Below are positions 52,701 to 63,578 of a stretch of 64,000 nucleotides of DNA, piece after piece (within the stretch, counting starts at the first letter, position 1; each line of letters begins with the position of its first letter). Source of the stretch: Tubulanus polymorphus (lineage: Eukaryota > Animalia > Nemertea). Where the stretch lies: assembly GCF_964204645.1 (NCBI RefSeq), contig NC_134035.1, forward strand, positions 4,960,001 through 5,024,000, given 5' to 3'. The position numbers and the translations under genes are program-made. The notes beneath the pieces were generated by a model. That model made no database searches. It was not told the DNA's origin and was given only the letters and a program-made list of their open reading frames with translations.

Positions 52701-55326
52701 TAGGCCACTAGTTGATGGTAGACTTCGTAAAAGAGAACTAACAGGTTCGGTAGAAGAGGACAATTTTTGAGTGAGAATTATACCACTGGTTGATAGAATA
52801 ATTTTAGTAGATGACGAAATATCGTTTCGAGTTTGACTTGGTAAAAGAGAACTAACAGGATTGGTAGAAGGTGGCAATGTTTGAGACAATGTAGACAAAG
52901 TACTCGTCAACGAAGATAATGAAGCAAGTGAGGTAGGTCTGCGCGGAAATGGACTAAGAGGAAGAGTAGATTGCGTTGGGAAGCGTCGCTTACTGAAAGA
53001 GAACTGAGAATGAAATGCAGAATGAGCAGAGGAAACCAATGACGATTCAATCTGCATTGGTGAGACTACTGCAAAGGAAGGTAGTAGATTAGTAGACAAA
53101 GATTGCTCATTAACAGTAACAGTAAAGAAAGTGGATTTAAGAGGTACATCAATTACAGATAGTCTTTTACTATTATAAGTAGAAGGTATAGATTTAGTAC
53201 GTATCATGCTGGGTGTCATTTTACGAGTATCTACAATAGAGGATAAATATGCATTACCGGTATTAGTAATTGCAGGTGTAGGTGCTAAGGTTGAGGTTGC
53301 CACAGAGGATGGAAAGATTCTACTATCTAACATTAGAATTCTACTCGAGACATCACTGTTAACGTCGTTAGTAGCACTCATTTGTTTTGTATCGTATCCA
53401 GGACTGATTCGTCGAGATGCACTAATTCTTCCTTCCTCCATGGTTGAATTTTGTACGCTCAAATTGGACGTTCGAAATACCAGATCCTGAGTGATTCCCT
53501 GCACTGCAGCGGTGTTACTCACCAAATCACTTTTTGACATAATCTGACCATTTTTTGTAAGTATAAGTGAACCATCGATGACGACAGCAGTGGTACTTGG
53601 TTTCGTGAGTATTGATAAAACCGGAGTGATGACAGCAGCGTGTTCTGTTTGAGCATTTGCATCGATAGAAAAGGACGGCGACAAACTAGCACGATTAGTT
53701 TCTAAAACGCTCTTTTTCGCACGAGAAGACCATGTTTGGCTAGAGCGAGGTGCGAAAACATTCGTGCTGCTAATTTCAATCGGAACACTTCGAGTTTGGC
53801 TGGATATCCGCGCGCTCATTAAGTTATCAGTTGGCAAATGTGATGTTCGTGCACTCCTAGGCAAACGGCTTTTCTCCGCATCACTAAACCGCATTTGAAT
53901 CGAGCGTGTATTTTTGGCAATAACATTTGTGTGGCTAATTTCAAGCGGAACTTGAGACTGAGTTGAAATAATCGGTTCATGGAAGCTGATTCCATGATCA
54001 GTTGTTGAATGCGTATTCGATATGGTTGCACTCGACGGTGATTTAACGGTTTGAGTTGACGCAATGACATTTGTGCCGGTAATTTCAACTGGAAAACTTC
54101 GAGTCGAATGCGTATGATCCGAGGCTGCACTGTGTGATTTTACTACAGTTTCAGTATACGGTGACGACGTTAGTAAAATGAAGGATGATTTTACTGTGTT
54201 AGTAGCAGTTGCCTTCTGTACAGAGTTAGTCGTTTTGGTTGCGAACGATTTCTTACCATTTAACGATGATGCCTCCTCAGTAGCGCCAACAGCAGTTGTT
54301 AATTCAAAAGCAGTTGTAAATTCATCAGCAGTAGAAGTGTTCTCAATGATGCTTATTTGAGATTTTTCTGCATCGCCGACGCTTCGCTTGAAAACATTTC
54401 TTCTGGCGCGTGAAGAACGTACCAATCTACTGCTTGACAGTTCAGCGATTTTTTGCGATAAATTTCTGGGTTGATTGGCTAAAAAACACAATAAGAATAA
54501 GTTGTATCCACAAAATATCACAGGAAGGCCAACCAACCGGGACAAATTTCTATTAGAAACAAGTTTTAAAGTTTTAAAGCCGTAATCAAAAATAGGCTGA
54601 TCAAAAATACCTGTATCAGGTATAAAACATCCCTTTCCAGAGAATATCCATCACAAATTGCAATTAGAAATGGCAAACCAGTAGGAAGCTACAGGACTCA
54701 GCATTCGGGCCAAAATCTATATTTTTGGGCACTAAAAAGGTCATAGGACAGCCATCTTGAGTCCGGTCGACCCAATTTTTCTTATGCTGATTGGCCCTTA
54801 AATACAAACGAAAGATCAAGGTAATTGATCAAAGCGCCTCCAAAATTTCCCTCAAAAAGTTCAAAAATGTGTAAAAAGTGCAGATTTTGCCGAACAACAC
54901 TGGCTGCCAGTCAGCCATCTTGATTTTGACAGGGCCAGTTTTTGGGCTGAAGATGTGTGTACGGTAGATACATGTGTAACCCAAATATCAAGACATTACA
55001 TTGAAGCGTCTTCAAAACTTCCCAAAATAACTGGATTCCGTCTAAGGACGGACGGACGGTGGACGAAAAGTGAGCGAAATAGCCCGCTGGGACTAAATTC
55101 CCAAGTGGGCTAAAAATGATCAGTACGATTATCAGTACGCCCATGACAAGGTAAGAGACCCTCAGTAACACCTTTTATATTTCTGTTTAAACTTACCATC
55201 TTGTCGTATGATGAAGATTGTAGTAGTTACTGTCAACAGCAGCGTTAATACGTATATAACATATGTTGAAACTGAACGACCATTATCACGCCACAATCTT
55301 CTATTCCTGCCAATATCATTCTTCAT
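34735..55326 (-). CDS. KIAA1549/UPF0606-like membrane mucin-type protein, 15 coding exons, ~4550 aa
   Basis: Exons 55197-55326, 42821-54478, 42435-42613, 41260-41437, 40656-40846, 39080-39222, 38819-38982, 37893-38038, 37409-37497, 36947-37045, 36798-36857, 36630-36685, 35898-36025, 35558-35700 and 34735-35026 join in phase with GT-AG. TM segment FWIIGAVFGAIVVVFFCCWISLCIYY-RFCR. Cytoplasmic EQARQRMHDLLDEAFSMI and C-terminal FIASIRGELSKISSK recall the conserved KIAA1549-family blocks. Confidence 0.8.
36059..36576. mobile_element. MITE with G/C-rich subterminal repeats and 9-bp TSD (Mutator-like)
   Basis: Ends gattctaggacaattgccccc / gggggcaattgtcctgagacc, with repeated ggacaa(t/a)tgccccc motifs. 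Flanks are attaacaca (36050-36058) and attaacacc (36577-36585). Confidence 0.8.
39271..40552. mobile_element. Helentron-associated non-autonomous element (HINE / CvA-pearl-like) with four 154-bp internal repeats
   Basis: Subterminal inverted repeat gcccacttggga (39293) / tcccaagtgggc (~40538). Repeat units start at 39341, 39495, 39649 and 39803. A (GGAC)n microsatellite lies at ~40465-40503, followed by the terminal hairpin agcccgctgggac..gtcccaagtgggct. Confidence 0.75.
40910..41232. mobile_element. Fold-back MITE with ~120-bp imperfect TIRs and TTA TSD
   Basis: ccagaaaggactggcagttgacctaa and ttaggtcaactgccagtcctttctgg are inverted; tta flanks both sides. Confidence 0.8.
43150..52900 (-). 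repeat. Coding tandem repeat, ~90-93 bp (30-31 aa) unit, roughly 100 copies with higher-order blocks
   Basis: Consensus is approximately TSGIITTQTLSSSTKPVSSISPSLSSTGPS. Blocks recur at 648 bp (51751 vs 52399) and ~1.8-2.0 kb (46463 vs 48461; 45331 vs 47149). Confidence 0.95.
54560..55113. mobile_element. Second, 5'-truncated copy of the Helentron-associated element (no 154-bp array)
   Basis: 54604-55113 aligns with 40013-40552, including the GGAC microsatellite and terminal hairpin. Confidence 0.75.
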
Positions 55327-55937
55327 TTCAATGAGCAACGAGGCCTAGCAAGCAATGAAGCCTATCGCATCTAAAAATTAAACAGAAATGTTCCCTTATA
55401 GGCTAAGTCTATTGGGTACTTTGTGTACAACCATTGAGCAGGGATCAGTTGATGAAAGTTAGTTAAAAATAACGGGTGGATAAAAACCATAGTTAAAATT
55501 AACTTTTACTTGTCACTGTCAACTTTACACTGTTTAACTCCTAACTAACATTTGAGCAACTGGCATCTGAATCTTAAGTTAGCGCCCAAATCAGGGGCCT
55601 TGTTATTTGGGCAAGGATATAGGCCCTAGTATTTGTTAATTTCGTTTAAGAGATCATACAAAAATCAAAAGTCACTCAGTGCAACGGAGTCTATTCATTT
55701 TCCTGGCATTGATTTTTCCTTGGGATAATTCTCTAAATCTTTTGAGCACATATACTTTAATTTGGTTTTTATACTACCAGCAGTGAAACTGTGCAATCTC
55801 AATAAACCATCATCTTTTTTTAGAGGCTATAGTTAGCTAAATTCATTGACCATTGACATTTGGGGATATTGAACAAAAATACAAGCCAGACAGGTAGATA
55901 TTCACTTTAAAAAGTCAAAAGTTGAGCATGAAGAAAC

Positions 55938-56255
55938 CATCCTCCCCCGGCATGGACTCCAACCTGATGGCATCGAGATTGCCACGGTAAAAACCCTGCC
56001 ACACTAGACCGAGTGCGCAGCTTGGATGATGTCATTATAAGCCAATCAGATATCCTGTATTATTTCAGCACAGGTTTTCCCATTTATAGTTCATTTTTAC
56101 TAAAAATGTATCTCAGCAATTTACAACGAGCAATCTGATTGGTGCCACAAGTTTTCGTGCGGCAAACCTGCGCACCCGGTCTAGTGTGGCAGGGGTTCGT
56201 GCCGTGGCTGAGTGTAGCGATGCCATCAGGTTCGAATCCCTGCCGAGGGAGGGTG
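55938..56255. mobile_element. Fold-back hAT-like MITE with tRNA-like inverted ends, copy 2 (best preserved)
   Basis: ~85-bp imperfect TIRs with CA...TG termini. The 8-bp flanks are gaagaaac / gaagagac. The right arm contains GGTTCGAATCC. Confidence 0.8.
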
Positions 56256-56358
56256 GAAGAGACAGGCCTCGGGATTATTAAACTACGACACGAACTTGAA
56301 TAGGAACCGGTACGGTAGTAGTAGTAATCAGGTAGTAGGGAGAGACTAATTAGACTTA

Positions 56359-56565
56359 GGCCATATAAAATAAATTACTTGATTCTCATCAGCGCCCGCC
56401 CCGAGTTTAGGGGCAGGCGCTTGGAGTTTTTTTTATCTTGGAGGTCTTGCTAGTCTTCATATATCATTAGAGCTTGCAAAATATTTTGTATAAAATATAA
56501 ACCTCCCTCCTCGATGATTTTTTTACAACTTCTGATGAGAATCAATTGATTTATTTTATATGGCC
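56359..56565. mobile_element. Tourist/Harbinger-like MITE
   Basis: TIRs ggccatataaaataaat..ttgattctcatcag / ctgatgagaatcaa..atttattttatatggcc, with TTA on both flanks. Confidence 0.85.
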
Positions 56566-56587
56566 TTAGTTGGTCAGGGGGTAGGAT

Positions 56588-57139
56588 AGTCAGTAACCTG
56601 TCTGTTTAGTTTCACGATCGGATATTTTCACAGCTCATCCGATTATAAAAAGCTTACCACCAACGATTAGGTTACTAACTAGTAAGGGGGATAGTAGGGT
56701 AGGGCAAAATAACCATCAACATCGCTCAACAAAGTCAAACTAAACATTGACAGACCTGGAAAACTAGCAGAATATTTTGACAATCATCTGAACTTATTGT
56801 TCTTAATATTTTGGTAGCATTGAGTGACTCATCATCGTCGTAATTGTGTATTGAACGAAAATAAATTTGTCAAAACACGAAAACTATTTCTTCCAAAGGT
56901 ACTCTGGATATTTCGAATCCCTCAGAGTAGGCTAATCTATTTCCTAAAAACCGGGTATGGACTTTGGACTTTGCTAATCAATCACAATTTGCAATTCTTT
57001 ATTTACCATTTTTACATAGTTTAGGCCTAGTCAGTAACCTGTCTGTGGTTTAGTTTCACGATCAGATATTTTCACAAACCACATATATAAGCTCATCCGA
57101 TTATAAAAAGCTTACCACCAACGATTAGGTAACTAACTA
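56588..57139. repeat. Two local copies of a ~95-110 bp dispersed repeat (56588-56682, 57028-57139)
   Basis: agtttcacgatc.gatattttcaca...catccgattataaaaagcttaccaccaacgattagg.taacta; also present at ~17487-17562 and ~21372-21449. Confidence 0.75.
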
Positions 57140-58008
57140 AGTTTAGGCCAGTAACCCCAAGGATTCATTAAAGCCCTTAATATCTGTTTTGTTCCGCATG
57201 AAAAATTTGAAAACACTATCAGTCCCAACGATGCGAATTGTCAATTGATAAAGATATTCCTGGTCACTGAGTTGGGCATGCCGATGGGCTACCGCCGGGA
57301 CTATTCATAATATCGACGAGAAAAGTTATCCTTTCTCGTATCGAATTTTAACTATGTAGTGTTGAAATCGGAGCCGTTCCTTCGGGCATAAGGACGGCGG
57401 ACCTACACATCGACTCTGGCCCGCAGTACCAGGAGGAATCCTAACTAATGATACCTACTGGGGTCAAAAACTTAATATGTCGGGCCCCTGTGAGCTCAAG
57501 GAAACATTTTCGGACTTAACGTTATTTTCTCGTTAATATTGTGGGATTTTCTACATCTACATCGTGGCCACAACCGACGCCTCCGAGGAACCTGAGGTAA
57601 GGTCCAGGTCCGATCGAACTTTCCAGCAGCTAAGATTGCCTGGCAGCCCAAGCGCAATCCACTGCGCAACTAAGCAATGTAGTAGCGACAAATGACTTTT
57701 GGAAGTGGAATTGTTGTGACCATGCGAGTTGTGGTGACCAATCCCAGGTGTGACCGACTAGGCCGGTCGGATGCCCGGCCCCGCCCGGGCGCGCGCGTGC
57801 GATTACCTAGCATTCTCGAAGTTCACGGCCTGTTTAACGATGAAATACACTCCATAAACTAAATGAATAAAAGAACTAATTCATCCTTAACGTTTCAATG
57901 AAGAAAATTTATTGAAGGCCGAAAAATACCGGTACCCGGTATCATGGTTAATTATCGTGATTTCGATCCGACTTGATCGCAATTATGCTCTTTTTACATC
58001 ATTTTATT

Positions 58009-60258
58009 TCAATTGGTAAACATATTCGAATTAATCCAGTTCAAAATCGTTGGATGGCTTATTTTGGTATAGACACTTGGATCGCCAGCGCCACATGGGT
58101 ATGGACCAAATGACAACATACCACGAAGTACTTCCCTGTCACCATCTAAACAGGTTAATGGCCCTCCCGAATCACCCTGTAATAGAATTTCAAAAAGACA
58201 TCAATCAATGATTATTGAACCTCGTTGAAATGTTCTAAGGCGTAGATCCAGAGGCCAATTTTGGAGAACTTGTCAAGTTCGAAGGGACACAAAAACGACG
58301 TCCAAAAAGGCAGTACTCAATGCACCAATTATCTTTGTTCACAAAATGAAAAAGGGCGGTCAACAAAAATTTGATGGATTTGTACAAGTCTCATAAGACC
58401 CTATGGATCCGCCCCTGTTTCTGATAGGTTAAAATGAACGATTGTTGCACCATGTAACTCATCTTCATCGTTGAATAAAACCTGATCGCGAGTTTTGATC
58501 AGACCCGGTGTCTTATATGATGAAGCACAAAACAGTGGAATTGGCCCCTGAGTTTGGGCTATTGGATCAAACTGAATTCTAACCGAGAAAATTGGATCCA
58601 TAAATTCCTACTTACAGAACAAGTGTCTTTTCCGTCGTCACCTTCTATGCAAAGATGGAGATCAGTAGAATTGAATTCTGGGAATTTATCTTCGTAATAA
58701 TTCTCGCATATTTGCAGAGATACAGGTTTCAGGTTGGTTTTCATAAGGTCGTTCGAGTATCCTTAAAAGTAAACGGTAAAGTGACGCACGAAATTCTACA
58801 AGTGTGGGTTTATTATCAAAACACGAAATCTGATCAGGGTAGAAAGATAGCTTAATATGTTTTACCCGTTTCGTTAACCGCGGAACCGTCGGTAAATCCC
58901 CATCCGGAAGCCGTACACACCGCATCGTTGCCGAGATCATTGTTATTATCGGGTAAATTAACGGCACTCGCCCCTGGATCGCCTACCGGTAACCCATCAC
59001 CGGCTATACGAATAACCGCCACATCTTGTACTGAAAATTCATAAAATAGTTTGAGCTGGTTTCATTTCCGATTCTTCTGGTTATATAACGATTTCAATAG
59101 TTTTGTTGACGTTCATTTGTGATAATGCTGAATATTGTAAGATTCATAATAAAAAGAGTGTAGTAAGGGCATTTGTTACGTGCATTTGGCCAAAATAATA
59201 CAAAAATTGATGGTGTACCGTAAACCCACCTCATATAAATGATGAAACTAACCACAATTCGAATCTTTATCGATTGCTGTTCCGACGTCTTCCAGAAATT
59301 ACTGGATATAATGCACAGACTTTTATGAATGCATTTTTCATTGGAACATGAAAAAAACTATATCTAGGTAAAAACTGCGCTTGGCCCCCCTCTGCTGGCA
59401 TCCCCTGTTATACTGTAATACCCACCTGGATTATTCCGGCTGAAAATTGGGTTGCGTTTAATTTCTGCGACGTTGAAAAGATTCTTACGGCTGATACTAT
59501 CTCTTGATATCGTTCTAATGAACAATTCAACGTCGCTGTTGTCCCCGAAAAATAGTGAAAAAAAGGAAAACAGAATGAGAAGCAAAGAACGATTCTACAG
59601 TCGTTCGTACATATCTTTCGTTTAAGTGTTGATCGAAAAGAATCACACATTTTTCATATGCAAATACAATTTTGTAACAATATACTTGTAAAACTGCAAT
59701 TATTTTTAAGAGTGAGAAATAACTGTTTCACTGTTATCCATATTGTCCATGTTTCTAGTAATTTTGGTATGGACAAGCTCTACCGAGTTCTTCACCGGGT
59801 TTCGCGGCGAACAGAATTTGAATGATAAAGCTGATAAAAATGTTTTGAAAGATGTCATATTATGTCCACTTACGTTGGTGATAAGTTATTAAAACAATGG
59901 GAGGCGCTTAATACGGTGAACGTATTCAAAATGATCCCGCCGCAGAAAAAAGTTCGCTCTGCGTCTTTTTTTCGAAAACCGACCGACCACGGGATTTCAT
60001 TATGAGCGACTTTTACGCCGTTTGTTATTTGCTCTGAAATAATAACGAAAAACAGATCACGATGCTGCGGGGTGCTAATTCTAGGGTCAGCGTCAAAAGT
60101 CTAATTTTTCAAACGAGATAAGATGGCTTTTCAAGAAATCGACAGCTTAATCGTAGTTCGTTAGCACCGTTTCGTTTTTGTTATTTAAAACGATTGCACT
60201 TACCAGACGGGGCCAAAAACTCCGCAGCAAAGATTACAACAGTTATAAGCAGATTCAT
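58009..60258 (-). CDS. Secreted trypsin-family (S1A) serine protease, 6 exons, 267 aa
   Basis: Exons 60204-60258, 59874-60033, 59426-59535, 58866-59030, 58616-58761 and 58009-58176 (804 nt, in phase). Motifs: ITNG N-terminus, IPWSV, FCGG, LSASHC (His), QDVAVIR (Asp), CTASGWG, KDTCSGDSGGPL (Ser), PSVYTKI, WI. Confidence 0.9.
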
Positions 60259-60587
60259 TTTCACCAGAACAACTATCTGCCCGCACACTCGTGCGTTCAA
60301 TTAAATTGATTCTGACGAAGCCAGCTGCATTCGACACCGGTGACAGTCTTGTCAGAAATTTTCCATCAAAATATGATGACATTTTATGTCAGAAATATAT
60401 CTATCCGATGCAAAATATGTACAGGAAGCTAAAATCGAATACGTGCATATAATGAACGTGTAAATACATTGATTCTCTTATAGTTCTATGATTTGAAATT
60501 GAGATTGTGAGATTCACGCGAAGAAAGATCACTCGATTACCTCGAACACCCTCATTACCTCGTTTAAACAAACTTCAGGACACCTGA

Positions 60588-61898
60588 TACAGTGGAACCT
60601 CGTCACATCGAACTTCAGGAGACCAGAAAATCTGTTAGTTATAACTGATACAGAGGAACCTCGTTACAACGAACTTCAGGAGACCAGAAAATCTGTTAGT
60701 TATAACTGATACAGAGGAACCTCGTTACAACGAACTTCAGGAGACCAGAAAATCTGTTAGTTATAACTGATACAGAGGAACCTCGTTACAGCGAACTTCA
60801 GGAGACCAGAAAATCTGTTAGTTATAACTGATACAGAGGAACCTCGTTACAACGAAGTTCAGGGGACCAGAAAATCTGTTAGTTATAACTGATACAGAGG
60901 AACCTCGTTACAACGAACTTCAGGAGACCAGAAAATCTGTTAGTTATAACTGATACAGAGGAACCTCGTTACAACGAACTTTGGGAGACCACAAAATCTG
61001 TTCGTTATAACTAATACAGCGGAACCTCGTTACAACGAACTTCGGGAGACCAGAAAATCTGTTCGTTATAACTGATGCAGCGGAACCTCGTTACAACGAA
61101 CTTCGGGAGACCAGAAAATCTGTTCGTTATAACTAATACAGCGGAACCTCGTTACAACGAACTTCGGGAGACCAGAAAATCTGTTCGTTATAATTGATGC
61201 AGCGGAACCTCGTTACAACGAACTTCGGGAGACCAGAAAATCTGTTCATTATAACTGATGCAGCGGAACCTCGTTACAACGAACTTCGGGAGACCAGAAA
61301 ATCTGTTCGTTATAACTGATGCAGCGGAACCTCGTTGACCAGAAAATCTGTTCGTTATAACTGATGCAGCGGAACCTCGTTACAACGTACTTCGGGAGAC
61401 CAGAAAATCTGTTCGTTATAACTGATGCAGCGGAACCTCGTTACAACGTACTTCGGGAGACCAGAAAATCTGTTCGTTATAACTGATGCAGCGGAACCTC
61501 GTTACAACGAACTTCGGGAGACCAGAAAATCTGTTCGTTATAACTGATGCAGCGGAACCTCGTTACAACGAACTTCGGGAGACCAGAAAATCTGTTCGTT
61601 ATAACTGATGCAGCGGAACCTCGTTACAACGAACTTCGGGAGACCAGAAAATCTGTTCGTTATAACTGATACAGCGGAACCTCGTTACAACGAACTTCGG
61701 GAGACCAAAAAATCTGTTCGTTATAACTGATACAGAGGAACTCATTAAAACGAACTTCAAGAGACCAGAAAATCTGTTCGTTATAACTGATGCAGCGGAA
61801 CCTCGTTACAACAAACTTCAGATCAGAAAACCTGTTCGTTATAACTGATACAGTGCAACCTCGTTACAACGAACTTTATGAGATCAGAAAATCTGTTC
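60588..61898. repeat. 61-bp tandem minisatellite, ~22 units
   Basis: Unit t(a/g)cag(a/c)ggaacctcgttacaacgaacttc(a/g)ggagaccagaaaatctgtt(a/c)gttataactga starts at 60588, 60649, 60710 and so on. One unit has a 16-bp deletion at ~61336. Confidence 0.97.
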
Positions 61899-62486
61899 TG
61901 CGGTTTAGACCGTTCCTGATGCACATTAGCCAATGAATGCTATAAACAGATGATCAAAAGATATAGAAATCAAAATCGCCAAACTACACCAAAAATTAAA
62001 AAAACATTTTCTTCACATTTCAATTTGACATTTATTCAAAACGTCCACAAAAGCATTGATAATAATGATAATAATAATTATAATAACATATAAATTGTAT
62101 ATTAGTTACTCAGTACATTCTTAATATCAACAAAGTATCAAATGGTAAATCATAATATATATTATACAGCGGCTAGAGAATCTATATCTTCTAATATGTA
62201 GCGAGGAGAGTTAGACGGGAGGGGCGGACCCACAGGGGAAGTTAATAGTGGTATATATAAAAATAATTCGAAATAAAACACGAAAATCTGACCCAGACAA
62301 TGAATGAAAAAGACACGACAAAAAACTCCAACATCGAAAATTGATGAAATAAATAAATTAATTAATGTACAATGATGTGATTCGCTAGGTTAGGTCCAGG
62401 GTTTTTATAGACACGACCAATGATAACGACTCCTTGCTTCAACACTTCAGGGTCCTTACAGATCAGTCATTCCTCCTATAGATCCA

Positions 62487-62627
62487 GGGGCCGGTTGCAT
62501 AGTCATGACTTAGATTTAAGACCAGTTTAAGACCAACTTAGTTCTATAGCCAATCTAACAACTTAAGACCAGTCTTAAGATTTAAGACCACTTTTGGACT
62601 TAAGTCACGACTGTGCAACTGGCCCCT
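62487..62627. mobile_element. Short Tourist/Harbinger-like MITE
   Basis: TIRs ggggccggttgcatagtcatgacttag / cttaagtcacgactgtgcaactggcccc with internal ttaagacca repeats. An older similar element lies at ~55441-55567. Confidence 0.8.
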
Positions 62628-62972
62628 CGATACAATCCTGGATGTAAGGAGTTCTAGAGGAGAACATTTCAAATCTTGAGGAGTGTCTGCATCACTTTTA
62701 TGTCCCAATCAGTCGGTACTGTTTATATTGGTAAACCATCAATTCTGTGGTTATATAAGCAAATTGTTCTACACTTTTCGCTACCTAAACCTGGTTTCTA
62801 GTTAGGTAACTGCTGAATTGGGTAAAAATAAATCGTACCAACTGTATCGATTAATGGGTAGTCTAACAACTATAAACTAGACTAAAGTTTCTAATTGCCT
62901 ATTTCTCAAAATTGAAGGAGTTTTATCAAATGGGCATTTTGTTCAGAATAAAGGAGTTTCAAGCACCTTTAA

Positions 62973-63578
62973 AGGGCACATGCCATCTAGATAGAATATT
63001 GTGTTAAAGTTATTATCAAATGCGATATATTCACAAATATCAAATATGCTACCGGTTCGAAGTTGATTTTAGCCATTACTGAGAAATATGACTTTTAAAT
63101 CATCATGTGCTCACTGTAATTGTCTACGGTATATTAGCAGGTGCGCGCGTTTCTGACGTCATCTCTGACAAACGCTCGCCGTTTCCAGTCATTTCACTTG
63201 ACATTTCATAAGGTTTTTATCACTATGGGAGTGTTTTTGAATTCATAACCGTTGTATACTGTTGCTACTGTTGTACTTATGATAAACGTATATAATTAAG
63301 TAGCGCTGTCGGTCTGCCAATACAGCGAACGAATGATCTTGATTCTATCGATTATATGCATAGGCTAAGCGTACTAAGCGCGCACACGATATTGTGTTGA
63401 TAGTCAACTACATGAATGTGTTGTGAACTACATGAATGAAGTGTAAGATAAACGAATTGTTAATTTACAGCTAATTAAAGACACTTTTTTATCAGTCACA
63501 TCTCAGGTTGTTATGTATATACTAAAGATTCACCTGGTTAAGAAATCAAGAAAGTGCAATTTTGATGGCATATGCCCT
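62973..63578. mobile_element. Kolobok-like non-autonomous DNA transposon
   Basis: ttaa|agggcacatgccatc ... gatggcatatgccct|tttaa: short TIRs starting AGG, flanked by TTAA. Confidence 0.7.

Noticed and set aside
54479-54545. ORF-track start of the 3920-aa ORF
   Set aside because: It is a non-ATG start within intron sequence; a phase-matched acceptor at 54478 joins the exon 55197-55326.
56195-56250. tRNA gene
   Set aside because: A-box-like and B-box motifs are only ~13 nt apart, with no anticodon arm or acceptor stem; the sequence is part of a MITE arm.
57720-57830. GC/CpG-rich patch as promoter of the KIAA1549-like gene
   Set aside because: The position is plausible, but no definable first exon or core promoter motif can be supported from sequence alone.
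60200-60382. 60-aa Cys-containing ORF
   Set aside because: The overlapping frame from 60258 gives a signal peptide that splices in phase to the protease.
60588-61898. CRISPR-like regular repeat with internal palindrome
   Set aside because: Units are contiguous with no unique spacers, there are no cas genes, and the context is eukaryotic.
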